Source: an uncultured Acidimicrobiia bacterium (lineage in GTDB: Bacteria > Actinomycetota > Acidimicrobiia > Spongiisociales > UBA5794). From it: a DNA stretch of 61,506 bases. Both the position numbers and the translations under genes were made by a program. The notes beneath the pieces were generated by a model. It was given only the letters and a program-made list of their open reading frames with translations, was not told where the DNA came from and ran no database searches. Below are positions 10,608 to 19,434 of the stretch, piece after piece (position 1 is the first letter of the stretch; each line of letters opens with the position of its first letter). The stretch is taken from positions 1 through 61,506 of the forward strand of contig CAXMQQ010000009.1 of NCBI GenBank assembly GCA_964195545.1. Reading direction: 5' to 3'.

Positions 10608-13381
10608 AGAACCTGACAGTACTCAGTACTCAGCACGGAGCGCCTGCGCTCCCACAGCTTCCACGCTTCTGCTGCTATCAGGATCGCTACCGCTGCAGTG
10701 AGTGAGATCAGCAGGTCTCTCGGTCCGAGGGCCACAGTTCCGAAGACGTTCTGGAGGAACGGAACGTAGATGAGAGCGAAGTGGGCTGCGATGCCGATGC
10801 CCACCGCGGCGAGCATCGCCCGATTCGAGAACAACCCCACGGAGAACAGTGACTTCTTCTCAGCTCGCACCTCGAGGGCCAACGCCAACTGACTGAAGAT
10901 CAGTGTCGTGAAGAGCATCGTTCTCCACGCCGGATCATCGGCGTTCCAAGCCATCCAGCCCACAAGCAGCGAGAGGGCTGCCATCAGTGAGCCGAACCCG
11001 CCGATGTACTGAACGACACCGTCACCGAAGATGGTCTCACTCGCCGATCGCGGAGATCGATTCATAACGTCGTCCTCGGCCGGTTCGACGCCGAGGGCAA
11101 GGGCAGGGAGTCCGTCGGTAACAAGGTTCATCCAGAGGATCTGAAGGGGGAGCAGCGGTATGGGCATGCCGAGGAACGGTCCGATGATCATCACCGCCAG
11201 CTCGGAGGCGTTGCAGGTGAGGAGGTACTTGATGAACTTCCTGATGTTGTCGTAGATGACCCGACCCTCTTCGACCGCCGATACGATCGTGGCGAAGTTG
11301 TCGTCGAGGAGCACCATGTCGGCAGCTTCTTTCGATACGTCGGTGCCCGTGATTCCCATTGCTACGCCGATGTCGGCGCGCTTGAGCGCGGGAGCATCGT
11401 TGACACCATCTCCGGTCATGGCCGTCGGATCGCCGTCCTCCCGATAGGCAGAGATCAGTCGGAGCTTGTGCTCGGGTGAGACGCGGGCGAAGACGGACGT
11501 GTTCTCTACCACCGTTGCGAGTTCGGCGTCGTCCATGCGATCGATATCGGATCCGATGAGGAAGTCGTCACCCCCCTCGATGCCTACTTCTGTGGCGATG
11601 TGCCGGGCAGTAAGCGGGTGATCGCCGGTGATCATCACGGTCCTGATGCCGGCCGCCTTTGCGGTGGCAACGGCTTCGGCGACTTCGGCTCGAGGAGGGT
11701 CCATGAGACCGAAGAGCCCAATGAAGACGAGGTCGTGTTCAGCCTGTTCGTCGGTTGGGACGGCGTCCCAACCGCGTGCTGCGACGGCGAGGACGCGGGT
11801 CCCGGTGGCCGCGAGTTCCTCTGCTCGCTCTGTGATGCGGCGTTCCCACTCCTCCGTGATCGGTTCGATCTCTCCGCGGACGAGGACCGATGTTGATCGT
11901 TCGGAGACTCGTTCCACAGCCCCCTTGGTGAACGACGCGGCGACTGCGCCGGGCGGGAACGCTGTGGCGATGCCGTCGACCCACTCCGGCAGTGAGTCGG
12001 GGATCGAGTGGATCGTCGTCATCCGTTTGCGTGTCGAATCGAACGGAACCTCTCCCACTCTCGGGAACAGTTCTTCGAGGTCAGGTTTCGGGATCCGGAG
12101 CTCTGCCGCGGCCAGGACGAGCGCGGTCTCGGTCGGATCGCCGACCGATCGGTTGCCGTTCTCCGTGACGGTGAGTGTCGCGTCGTTGCAGAGGGCACCG
12201 GCGGCGAGCGAAGCTTCGAGACCCTGAGCTATCTCGTCCGCTCCGGTCTTCGTGATCGTGAACGGTCCGGTTGCTTCTCCCGTGAGCGCGACTTGCTCGT
12301 TGGCCAGGTCGAGCACCGTCACGGTCATGCGGTTCTGGGTCAGCGTCCCGGTCTTGTCGGTACAGATCACCGAGACGGAGCCGAGTGTCTCGACCGCTGG
12401 CAGTCGCCGGATCAACGCTTTCCTTTGCAACATGCGCTGTGCCCCGAGCGACAAGGCGATCGTGACGACAGCAGGCATGGCTTCAGGAATCGCTGCCACG
12501 GCGAGGCTCACGGAGGTGAGCAACATGATCTCCACGCTCTCGCCGTTCATGATCCCGATCCCGAAGAGCAGCGCAACGATGCCGAGCGCCACAATGGCAA
12601 GAACTTTCGCGAGGTGGTCGAGTCTGCGCTGGAGGGGTGTGCGTTCCTCTTCAACGGCCTGGAGCATCTCAGCGATTCGCCCGAGTTCGGTCTGCATCCC
12701 GGTGTCGGTGACAGCGACTACCCCGCGCCCACGGGTCACCGTTGTTCCGCGATAGACGACGTTCCTCCGGTCGGCAACGGCGAGGCTCTTGTCATAGACC
12801 TTGCCGGCCTCCTTGCCGACGGGCACGGACTCACCGGTGAGGGGCGCTTCTTCGACCTCAAGGTTGATCGATTCGACGAGGCGACCGTCGGCGGGGATGA
12901 TGTTCCCCGTCTCGAGGGTCAGGATGTCGCCGGGCACGATGTCGCTGGCAGAGGTGACGATGGTCTCTCCCGACCGTACCAGCGTCACTTCCGGTACTGC
13001 CATGCGTTTGAGGGCAGCCATCGCTTCTTCGGCCTTCTTCTCCTGGACAAAGCCCATCACCGCGTTCAGGACGATGATCGCCAGGATGGCCACCGCCTCG
13101 ATCCAGTCTTTCAGAAACGCCGAGACGACGGCCGCGACGATCAGAATCGCTGTGAATAGGTCCCGGAACTGGGAGAGGAAGATCCGGAGGGATGACCGCC
13201 CGCCGCGATCCTCGAGCTCATTCGTGCCGTACCTCTCGAGGCGTTCTGCGACTTCCGGCTCGGAGAGACCTTCTCGCGATGACCCGAGCTGTTCGAGCGT
13301 CGAGTCGGCGGAGAATCGATACCAGTCAGTTTCGGCAGTGCTCGTATCGGTGCTCACCCTCAAACGATAGGCACACCCCAC
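10604..13381 (-). CDS. Cation-transporting P-type ATPase, type II (Ca2+/Mg2+-like)
   Basis: 925 aa with TGES (LTGESVPV), the DKTGTLT phosphorylation site, a PEAMP TM4 motif and the TGDGVNDAPALK hinge. There is no CPC/CPH motif, so it is not a heavy-metal pump. The start is ambiguous (GTG 13381 or GTG 13357). The last residues STEYCQVL are encoded by a CAGTACT heptamer repeat. Confidence 0.9.
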   Translation of the reverse strand: MGCAYRLRVSTDTSTAETDWYRFSADSTLEQLGSSREGLSEPEVAERLERYGTNELEDRGGRSSLRIFLSQFRDLFTAILIVAAVVSAFLKDWIEAVAILAIIVLNAVMGFVQEKKAEEAMAALKRMAVPEVTLVRSGETIVTSASDIVPGDILTLETGNIIPADGRLVESINLEVEEAPLTGESVPVGKEAGKVYDKSLAVADRRNVVYRGTTVTRGRGVVAVTDTGMQTELGRIAEMLQAVEEERTPLQRRLDHLAKVLAIVALGIVALLFGIGIMNGESVEIMLLTSVSLAVAAIPEAMPAVVTIALSLGAQRMLQRKALIRRLPAVETLGSVSVICTDKTGTLTQNRMTVTVLDLANEQVALTGEATGPFTITKTGADEIAQGLEASLAAGALCNDATLTVTENGNRSVGDPTETALVLAAAELRIPKPDLEELFPRVGEVPFDSTRKRMTTIHSIPDSLPEWVDGIATAFPPGAVAASFTKGAVERVSERSTSVLVRGEIEPITEEWERRITERAEELAATGTRVLAVAARGWDAVPTDEQAEHDLVFIGLFGLMDPPRAEVAEAVATAKAAGIRTVMITGDHPLTARHIATEVGIEGGDDFLIGSDIDRMDDAELATVVENTSVFARVSPEHKLRLISAYREDGDPTAMTGDGVNDAPALKRADIGVAMGITGTDVSKEAADMVLLDDNFATIVSAVEEGRVIYDNIRKFIKYLLTCNASELAVMIIGPFLGMPIPLLPLQILWMNLVTDGLPALALGVEPAEDDVMNRSPRSASETIFGDGVVQYIGGFGSLMAALSLLVGWMAWNADDPAWRTMLFTTLIFSQLALALEVRAEKKSLFSVGLFSNRAMLAAVGIGIAAHFALIYVPFLQNVFGTVALGPRDLLISLTAAVAILIAAEAWKLWERRRSVLSTEYCQVL

Positions 13382-13394
13382 CCCGACCCGCGCT

Positions 13395-13519
13395 GCATAC
13401 CCAGGGTTGGTGTCCTTGTATTTGACGCCGTCAGCCCGCGGAATGTGGTGGGCAGACCGGTCCGCGTATTCTGTGGGCCCACAGCTGCATATACGAGGAC
13501 ACCAACCCTGGGTATGCGG
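13395..13519. repeat. Inverted pair of a ~51-nt REP-like element (REPIN-like hairpin)
   Basis: Copy 1 (+) is 13395-13443 and copy 2 (-) is 13469-13519. The arms are 22 bp and perfect: GCATACCCAGGGTTGGTGTCCT (13395-13416) against its reverse complement at 13496-13517, separated by 79 nt. The same element occurs twice at 43360-43470. Confidence 0.85.
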
Positions 13520-13527
13520 ATTTGGGT

Positions 13528-14685
13528 TTAGGGGGTGGCGGTGCCGAGGTCGCCCCAGCGGTCGCCTTCTGCCAGGTCGATGATCGTCATCGCCATCGCA
13601 AGCGCACCATCCCGAATGGCTGCCTTGCCGGTCGGGGTCAGCGTGTGAGCAGCGAACTCCTTCTGATGGTTCACCGCAGGCTCCGCCTTGATGTCGAGCA
13701 TCGGGTGGATCGACGGGACCTCATAAGACACGTTCGACATGTCGGTCGAGGCCGTCGCCCCCGGGTCGTACTCGATTGCCCGGTGCATGGGTCGACCGAG
13801 CGCTGCAGAGTTCTCGGCGAACAGGTCCGCCATCACGGGATCGACGATCATGTCGGTGTACGCATGGCCCTGTGCCTCGATCTCGACCGTACACCCTGTC
13901 GCTATGGCAGCCCCATCGATAGCGGCCACGACCTTCGCATAGAGCTCGTCCAAGCGCTCCTTCGTCAGTGCACGGACGTACCACGACATCGAGGTGAACG
14001 CCGGGATGACGTTCGGAACGCCGCCTCCGTAGGTGATGACGCCATGGACCTTGTCCGTCGGATACATCGCCTGGCGCAGGGTCGAGACGTTCACGTAGGC
14101 CTGCACCGCGGCATCGAGAGCGTTGATGCCCACCTGCGGCTTGAACGCCGCGTGGGATGCCTTGCCGTGGAACTCGACATCGATCTGCGTTACGGCAAGG
14201 AAGTTCTTGTCGACGACGTCATCGTTGGCGGGGTGGACCATCATCGAGGCCGCGGCGTCGGCGAATGCACCGGCGTTGATCAGGTCGACCTTGCCGCCGT
14301 ATGCTTCTTCCGCCGGTGTGCCGAGGACGGTGACGCGAATGCCCAGCTTCTCAATGAGAGGCGCCAGAGCGATGCCCGCTCCGATCGCCGACGTGGCGAT
14401 GATGTTGTGGCCACAGGCGTGCCCGACCTCGGGGAGCGCGTCGATCTCGCAACAGATGACTACCTCGGGGCCCTTGGAACCGATGCGGGCGGCGAATGCT
14501 GTGTCGAGACCGTACGCGGGATACTCGACGGCGAAACCCTTCTCCGTCAGGAACCCTGCCAATTGGGCAGACGTCTCGAACTCTTCGAAGGCGATCTCGG
14601 GATGCTGGTACATCCACCGCGACAGATCCCGCAGTTCGTGCTCAACCCCGTCAAACGCCTGGGCCGCTGCTTCTTTGGTGGTCAT
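13528..14685 (-). CDS. M20 family amidohydrolase/peptidase (M20D, AbgB/hippuricase-like)
   Basis: 385 aa. The region HPEIAFEEFETS...CEIDALPEVGHACGHNIIATS...GTPAEE is typical of M20D metal-binding regions. The 423-aa plus ORF 13522..14793 is its antisense shadow. Confidence 0.8.
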   Translation of the reverse strand: MTTKEAAAQAFDGVEHELRDLSRWMYQHPEIAFEEFETSAQLAGFLTEKGFAVEYPAYGLDTAFAARIGSKGPEVVICCEIDALPEVGHACGHNIIATSAIGAGIALAPLIEKLGIRVTVLGTPAEEAYGGKVDLINAGAFADAAASMMVHPANDDVVDKNFLAVTQIDVEFHGKASHAAFKPQVGINALDAAVQAYVNVSTLRQAMYPTDKVHGVITYGGGVPNVIPAFTSMSWYVRALTKERLDELYAKVVAAIDGAAIATGCTVEIEAQGHAYTDMIVDPVMADLFAENSAALGRPMHRAIEYDPGATASTDMSNVSYEVPSIHPMLDIKAEPAVNHQKEFAAHTLTPTGKAAIRDGALAMAMTIIDLAEGDRWGDLGTATP

Positions 14686-14704
14686 CTTTGCTCCCTGCGG
14701 TCGC

Positions 14705-14739
14705 CAGTACCCAGTACCCAGTACCCAGTACTCAGTACT
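14705..14739 (+). repeat. Tandem heptamer array (CAGTACC)3(CAGTACT)2
   Basis: Five exact 7-nt units read directly. The array lies in the divergent spacer between the M20 gene start (14685) and the AhpD-like gene start (14827). Confidence 0.95.
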
Positions 14740-14826
14740 CGCCGTCAGGCGAGGCTACACACGACGGGAATTGGCACAGCCGTCAGGGGTTGAAAAGCCG
14801 TAGCATTGCTCCGGCCAGGAGGTGCC

Positions 14827-15174
14827 ATGGGACAGTATCAAGACGAAATCAAGAAGATCGGCCCGCCGTCGGCGGAGTTGCGAGCGCTCATACCCGAGGT
14901 CTACGAAGGCTTCGCCAAGACGTACGGCGCCGTCTATCGGGACGGCGCGCTTCCTGCAGCCACTAAGGAACTGATGGCCGTCGCTATTGCGATTTCCCAA
15001 GGATGCAAGGGTTGCATCGCCAGTCACGTCCGAGGAGCCGCACGCAGGGGGGCGACCGAAGAGCAGATGGCCGAGACCATCGGCGTCACCATCCAGATGG
15101 GTGGAGGACCTGCCTCGGTCTACGGGCCTGAAGCCTGGGAAGCTTTCAAGGAGTTCAAGGAGCGGTACAGATGA
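14827..15174 (+). CDS. Carboxymuconolactone decarboxylase / AhpD-like family protein
   Basis: ATG 14827 has AGGAGG 4 nt upstream, whereas the track start is TTG 14806. An AhpD-core CxxC is present (ISQGCKGCIASHV). Confidence 0.8.
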   Translation: MGQYQDEIKKIGPPSAELRALIPEVYEGFAKTYGAVYRDGALPAATKELMAVAIAISQGCKGCIASHVRGAARRGATEEQMAETIGVTIQMGGGPASVYGPEAWEAFKEFKERYR

Positions 15175-16196
15175 CCCCGATCCTCGCTTCCTTTCCTTCA
15201 CCATCTGAGAACGTTCTCGAGATCGGTCCGCTGACGATCCACTACTACGGGATCATGATCGCCATCGGTGTGATCGTCGCCGTCCTCGTTGCCAAGCGCC
15301 GTTACGAGCGCTTCGGTGGTAGCAGCGAACTCGTCGAACGGGTCTCGATCTGGGCCGTCGCCATCGGCTTCCTTGGGGCACGGCTCGGATATGTGATCAC
15401 CCACACGGGAGACTTCATCGACCGTCCCTGGGGCGTTCTGTTCATCTGGGAGGGTGGGCTCGCTCTCTACGGCGGTCTCGCTCTCGGAGCGCTCGCAGCG
15501 GTCTTCCTCCTTCGCCGATCGAAGGGCGACATCTTCGCCTTCACCGATGCCGTCGCCGTGGGAATCCCTCTTGCCCAGGCCATCGGCCGATGGGGCAACT
15601 ACTTCAACCAAGAGCTCTTCGGTACACCGTCGGATCTGCCGTGGGCCGTGCAGATCGATCCGAACATGGCTGCGGTCGCCGGCTACCCGGGGTTCACGAC
15701 CTTCCACCCGACCTTCCTCTACGAGTCGCTCTGGAACATCTTTCTCACCGCTGGGATCATCCTCTGGCTCGAGCGCCGCAACAAACTGGCGAAGGGATCG
15801 TCTATCGCCCTCTATCTCATCATCTATGGGGCAGGTCGATTCCTCATGGAGTTGATGCGGACTGACACCACCTTCCGCCTTCTCGGCTTGAGTCGCAACG
15901 GCTGGATCTCCGCAGGTGCGGTCCTGTTCGGGATCGGATTGTTCTGGTGGATGCAACGCCGTCATGAGCCGCGAGTGCTCGTAGGCCCGTCCGTGTTCAT
16001 CGCTCCGGGTGAGCAGACGGTTGCGAAGCCGATCGAAGGTGATGAACCGTCCGGTGACGGATCCAAGGACGCCTCCGGGTTGTCGTTCGGTGACGGCATG
16101 GGTGGACATGCCTCGTCGTCGTCCCCATCAGATGGAAGCGGGGGCAACGAAGGGGTCGACGGAGAGGGTCAAGTCGCTCCACCGTCGTCTAGCTGA
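15171..16196 (+). CDS. lgt: Prolipoprotein diacylglyceryl transferase with a Gly/Ser/Asp-rich C-terminal tail
   Basis: IHYYGIMIAIGV, WEGGLALYGG and GRWGNYFNQELFG motifs are present. The start overlaps the upstream stop as ATGA. About 80 low-complexity C-terminal residues follow, and the 3' end overlaps the convergent MoeA-PBP gene by 8 nt. Confidence 0.9.
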   Translation: MTPILASFPSPSENVLEIGPLTIHYYGIMIAIGVIVAVLVAKRRYERFGGSSELVERVSIWAVAIGFLGARLGYVITHTGDFIDRPWGVLFIWEGGLALYGGLALGALAAVFLLRRSKGDIFAFTDAVAVGIPLAQAIGRWGNYFNQELFGTPSDLPWAVQIDPNMAAVAGYPGFTTFHPTFLYESLWNIFLTAGIILWLERRNKLAKGSSIALYLIIYGAGRFLMELMRTDTTFRLLGLSRNGWISAGAVLFGIGLFWWMQRRHEPRVLVGPSVFIAPGEQTVAKPIEGDEPSGDGSKDASGLSFGDGMGGHASSSSPSDGSGGNEGVDGEGQVAPPSSS

Positions 16197-18120
16197 GTCC
16201 CATCTCCACAAGGTCCGCTCGCACCTGTTCGTTGTCGAGCAGGCGCCGGAGTGCAACGACGGCTGGGCGATCCCAGCGGTCCTTTCTGACGGCGAAGTCG
16301 TAGCGCTCGTTCGCGACGAAGTGGAACCCGAGACCTGCTGCGCTAGCAACCGTGTCGAGGGTCATTCCCCAATCGGCCCGTCCCTGTTCGACAGCTGCAG
16401 CCACGCCGTTGTGCGTCTTGACCTGGTGCAGGTATCCCGCGGGTTGGTGCCCATCCAGGAGTTGATCGATCAAGATGCGCGTGCCGCTACCGGGGTTTCT
16501 GTTGACCATGCGGTAGCGACCGCCTCTGATCTCCTCGAGGAGCTGTTCGTCGCCGATGCCGGCAAGTCCCTGTTCGCCGGGCCGGTACACGATGCCCTGC
16601 CGCCGGTCGTATCCGGAGACGAGTCGAATGCCGCCGGGGAGGAACGGCTGGTTGTAGCGGCCCGTGGCGGCATCCAGCAAGTGCGTGCCGGCGACGTCAC
16701 CCTCACCACGCGCTAGTGCTGTGAGACCGGCACTCGAACCGACCGGAATCGCCTTGATTCGATATTCGTCTGCGGCGAGCAAGCCGAGGAGATAATCGAG
16801 GCCCACACAGTGGCTCCCGATGACCACGAGATCGGGGAAGCGAATACCATCTTCGAGAAGACGGACGGTCATCCGCTCTCCCTCTGCCACGTATTCGGTG
16901 GATGCCGGGATGCGAACAAATCCGTCGGCCCGGCCGAACGCAGTGACGCTACCCGAGCCGGCGCCGAGTGGGTAGGCAGCCAGTCCGTCATCTCCTTCGA
17001 CGAGGTCGACAAGGGAGTACTCGGTGCGCCCGGGGACCGAAGTGATCCGCATCGGTGCAATGCACTCCACGGTGTGAATAGCGTCATCGGGTACACCGGA
17101 GAGACGTCGGAGCAAGGGTGCGACGAACTCATGGAAGGTGAAGACAGCCGAGGTCGGAAAGCCGGGAAGCACGACGACGGGAGTTCCGGCGATAACGGAG
17201 AGCAGGATCGGCTTGCCAGGTTTGAGCGCCACACCGTGAACGACGATTCCGGGTGAATCGGGAAGACGCTCTGCCAGGCGGTTCACGGCTTCCGAGTTCA
17301 CGTCGCCCTCGCCTTTCGACGTTCCACCGGAAAGCAGCACGACGTCGACAGCATTCGGTCCGGTGACGAGCTCCTCCACCAGTGACTCGACGACGTCGAG
17401 GTCATCGGGGGCGATGCCGGCCGGCACGGGCTCACACCCGAGTTCGCTGACGGCGTCGAGCAGCATCGGCTGGTTCGAGTCGAAGACCTGCCCAAGTGCA
17501 AGCGCACCGCCCGGTGCCACGATCTCGTCACCAGTAGAGACGACGGCGACCCGGGGCCGAGAGATCACATCGATGTGAGCGATACCAACGGCGGCCAGCA
17601 CTGCCGTATCTCGAGACGTCAAGGCAATACCGCGGCGAAGTACCGTGTCGCCGCGACCGACATCCGAACCGGCGTACGACACATTTGCACCCGGAGCGAC
17701 CGAGCGAGAGACCTCGATGCCCGCGTCGACCGGATCTGTGTGCTCGACCATGACGACCGCGTCGGTGCCCCGCGGGACAACCCCGCCGGTGGCGATCTGC
17801 ACGACAGTACCGGCGGGTGTATCGAATCCCTCGCGAGGCGTGTCTCCGGCAGCGAGCGTCACCTCCGAGACGGTGAGAACGATCGGTTCGAGCTCCTCCG
17901 CTCCGTAGGTGTCGGCGGCATGTACGGCGAACCCATCGACATTGCTTCGATCGAAGCCGGGAACGTCGACTACCGCGGTCACATCGCTTGCCAGAATCCG
18001 ACCCAAGGCTCGATCGAGCGGGACTTGTTCGATCAGCGGACCGAGGTGGCTGCACGCGCTGGAGAACGATGCGTGGGCGGCATCCTCTTCAATGACGTTC
18101 AGGAACTGGCGTTGCCTCAC
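16189..18120 (-). CDS. Molybdopterin molybdo/tungsto-transferase MoeA fused to a C-terminal PBP-like (ModE/molybdate-binding-like) domain
   Basis: The N-terminal ~400 aa form a MoeA fold (PGFDRSNVDGFAV...). The C-terminal ~230 aa are periplasmic-binding-protein-like (VVIGSHCVGLDYLL...NRNPGSGTRILID). I prefer GTG 18120 (GTGA overlap with the upstream moeA stop) to the track TTG 18129. Confidence 0.8.
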   Translation of the reverse strand: MRQRQFLNVIEEDAAHASFSSACSHLGPLIEQVPLDRALGRILASDVTAVVDVPGFDRSNVDGFAVHAADTYGAEELEPIVLTVSEVTLAAGDTPREGFDTPAGTVVQIATGGVVPRGTDAVVMVEHTDPVDAGIEVSRSVAPGANVSYAGSDVGRGDTVLRRGIALTSRDTAVLAAVGIAHIDVISRPRVAVVSTGDEIVAPGGALALGQVFDSNQPMLLDAVSELGCEPVPAGIAPDDLDVVESLVEELVTGPNAVDVVLLSGGTSKGEGDVNSEAVNRLAERLPDSPGIVVHGVALKPGKPILLSVIAGTPVVVLPGFPTSAVFTFHEFVAPLLRRLSGVPDDAIHTVECIAPMRITSVPGRTEYSLVDLVEGDDGLAAYPLGAGSGSVTAFGRADGFVRIPASTEYVAEGERMTVRLLEDGIRFPDLVVIGSHCVGLDYLLGLLAADEYRIKAIPVGSSAGLTALARGEGDVAGTHLLDAATGRYNQPFLPGGIRLVSGYDRRQGIVYRPGEQGLAGIGDEQLLEEIRGGRYRMVNRNPGSGTRILIDQLLDGHQPAGYLHQVKTHNGVAAAVEQGRADWGMTLDTVASAAGLGFHFVANERYDFAVRKDRWDRPAVVALRRLLDNEQVRADLVEMGLS

Positions 18121-19358
18121 GAATCGCAACCCCCGTGAAAGCAGTGCACCGTCACGTCGGTGCCTTCTGCATATCCTTCGAGGGCAGCGGGGATCACGAC
18201 GAATCCCGAGGCCTTGGAAACGGACGAGAGAACGGATGAACCCGAAATCGCCAGAGGTTCGACGAGACCCGCATCGATGACGACCCTGGCGTAGTCGGTT
18301 CGTCCGATCTGCGAAACGATTCTGCGAGCAAGCGTGCGTCTGACGGCCAGATAGGGCCAGTTGGGGGACCGGCCGCCGAGCAGTCGAATGACCGGACCGG
18401 CAAAGAAGTCGTAGGCAGCGAGACAGGAGACCGGATTGCCGGGGAGGATGATGACCCGGACCCCGTTGATTGTGCCGATCCCGGTTGGTGCCGACGGTCG
18501 CATCGTGATGCCGTGAATGGACAGGGAGCCCAGTTTGCCGACGAGGATGGGAACTCGATCCTCGGATCCGACCGATGCCGCCCCGGCCGTGACGATGACA
18601 TCGGCGCCGGGGCGAGCGAGAGCTTCTTCCATGACGCCCTCGTCATCAGGGAGGCGGGCTAGCTCAGCGATGCCTCCGTCTCGTTCGACGAGCGCCGCCA
18701 GCATCGGGGAATTGGAGTCGACGATCTTCGTGCCCTTCGGTGATGCGCCGGGCGGTAGGAGTTCGTCACCTGAGACGATGATCCGGACGGTGGGTCGGCC
18801 GACGACCTCGATCGGGTCATAGCCGATGGAGGAGAGAAGTCCGACATCTTGGGGGAGGAGGGTCCTTCCGGCGTTGAGGATCTGGTCGCCGGCCGCAACG
18901 TCCTCGCCGACCCGCCCGACATTCCTGCCGACCGGTACCGGCGCCGTGGCCTCGATCTGATCTCCTGAGCCGCGTGTGTCCTCGACCATCAGAACGGCAT
19001 CGGCGCCGTCCGGTATGGGTGCGCCGGTCACGATCGTCACACATTGCCCGTGCCTGACATGGGCATCGGGCACGGTGCCCGGCATCGACCTGCCCACGAC
19101 CTCGAGCGGGATGGGGTTGTAGGAGGTAGCTCCGTAGGTGTCCTCAGCGCACACGGCGTATCCGTCCATCATCGAGCGTCGAAAGGCCGGAACGTTCACA
19201 GCACTTACAACGTCGAGAGCGAGCACCCTGCCGGTCGCAGCCATGACAGCCACCGGATCCGACGGGAGCGGTGAGACGCCGTCCATGGCAGCCTCCAGGG
19301 CTTCCTTGACCGTAGATCGATCGCGAAAGCCGCGCATGCGGATGTCAGGGTTCGTCAT
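18117..19358 (-). CDS. moeA: Molybdopterin molybdotransferase MoeA
   Basis: 413 aa with FRRSMMDGYAV, the SGDEL motif (IIVSGDELLPPG) and AGAASVGSEDRVP, as in MoeA/gephyrin E-domain proteins. Confidence 0.85.
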   Translation of the reverse strand: MTNPDIRMRGFRDRSTVKEALEAAMDGVSPLPSDPVAVMAATGRVLALDVVSAVNVPAFRRSMMDGYAVCAEDTYGATSYNPIPLEVVGRSMPGTVPDAHVRHGQCVTIVTGAPIPDGADAVLMVEDTRGSGDQIEATAPVPVGRNVGRVGEDVAAGDQILNAGRTLLPQDVGLLSSIGYDPIEVVGRPTVRIIVSGDELLPPGASPKGTKIVDSNSPMLAALVERDGGIAELARLPDDEGVMEEALARPGADVIVTAGAASVGSEDRVPILVGKLGSLSIHGITMRPSAPTGIGTINGVRVIILPGNPVSCLAAYDFFAGPVIRLLGGRSPNWPYLAVRRTLARRIVSQIGRTDYARVVIDAGLVEPLAISGSSVLSSVSKASGFVVIPAALEGYAEGTDVTVHCFHGGCDS

Positions 19359-19390
19359 GGGAAAGCGATGCTAACGAAGTAGCAGGACGC

Positions 19391-19429
19391 AAGTAGCAGG
19401 ACACAAGACGGGCTTCGTTCCTGCTACTT
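19391..19429 (-). terminator. Hairpin between the AOR stop and the moeA start (terminator or attenuator)
   Basis: AAGTAGCAGGA ... TCCTGCTACTT forms an 11-bp perfect stem with a 17-nt loop. It is built from the 12-mer AAGTAGCAGGAC, which is also tandemly duplicated at 19377 and 19391. Confidence 0.45.
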
Positions 19430-19434
19430 GCTAC

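Noticed and set aside
12008-13159. 383-aa plus ORF, and several others (11628..12227, 12252..12755, 12801..13370) inside the ATPase locus
   Set aside because: All are antisense to the P-type ATPase, whose motifs (DKTGTLT, TGDGVNDAPALK) are unambiguous.
13397-13408. TACCCAGGGTT read as a CsoR/RicR-type copper-repressor operator (TACCC-N-GGGTA-like) controlling the ATPase
   Set aside because: The spacing and the 3' half-site do not match the recalled consensus. The pump lacks CPC/CPH heavy-metal motifs, and the same sequence is part of a larger four-copy repeat. The idea is kept only as a minor alternative.
13522-14793. 423-aa plus-strand ORF, the longest unassigned ORF in the track
   Set aside because: It lies exactly antisense to a well-recognised M20 amidohydrolase. 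The product is rich in Arg, Gly, Asp, His and Val with no motifs. This is a typical mirror-frame artefact of high-GC DNA.
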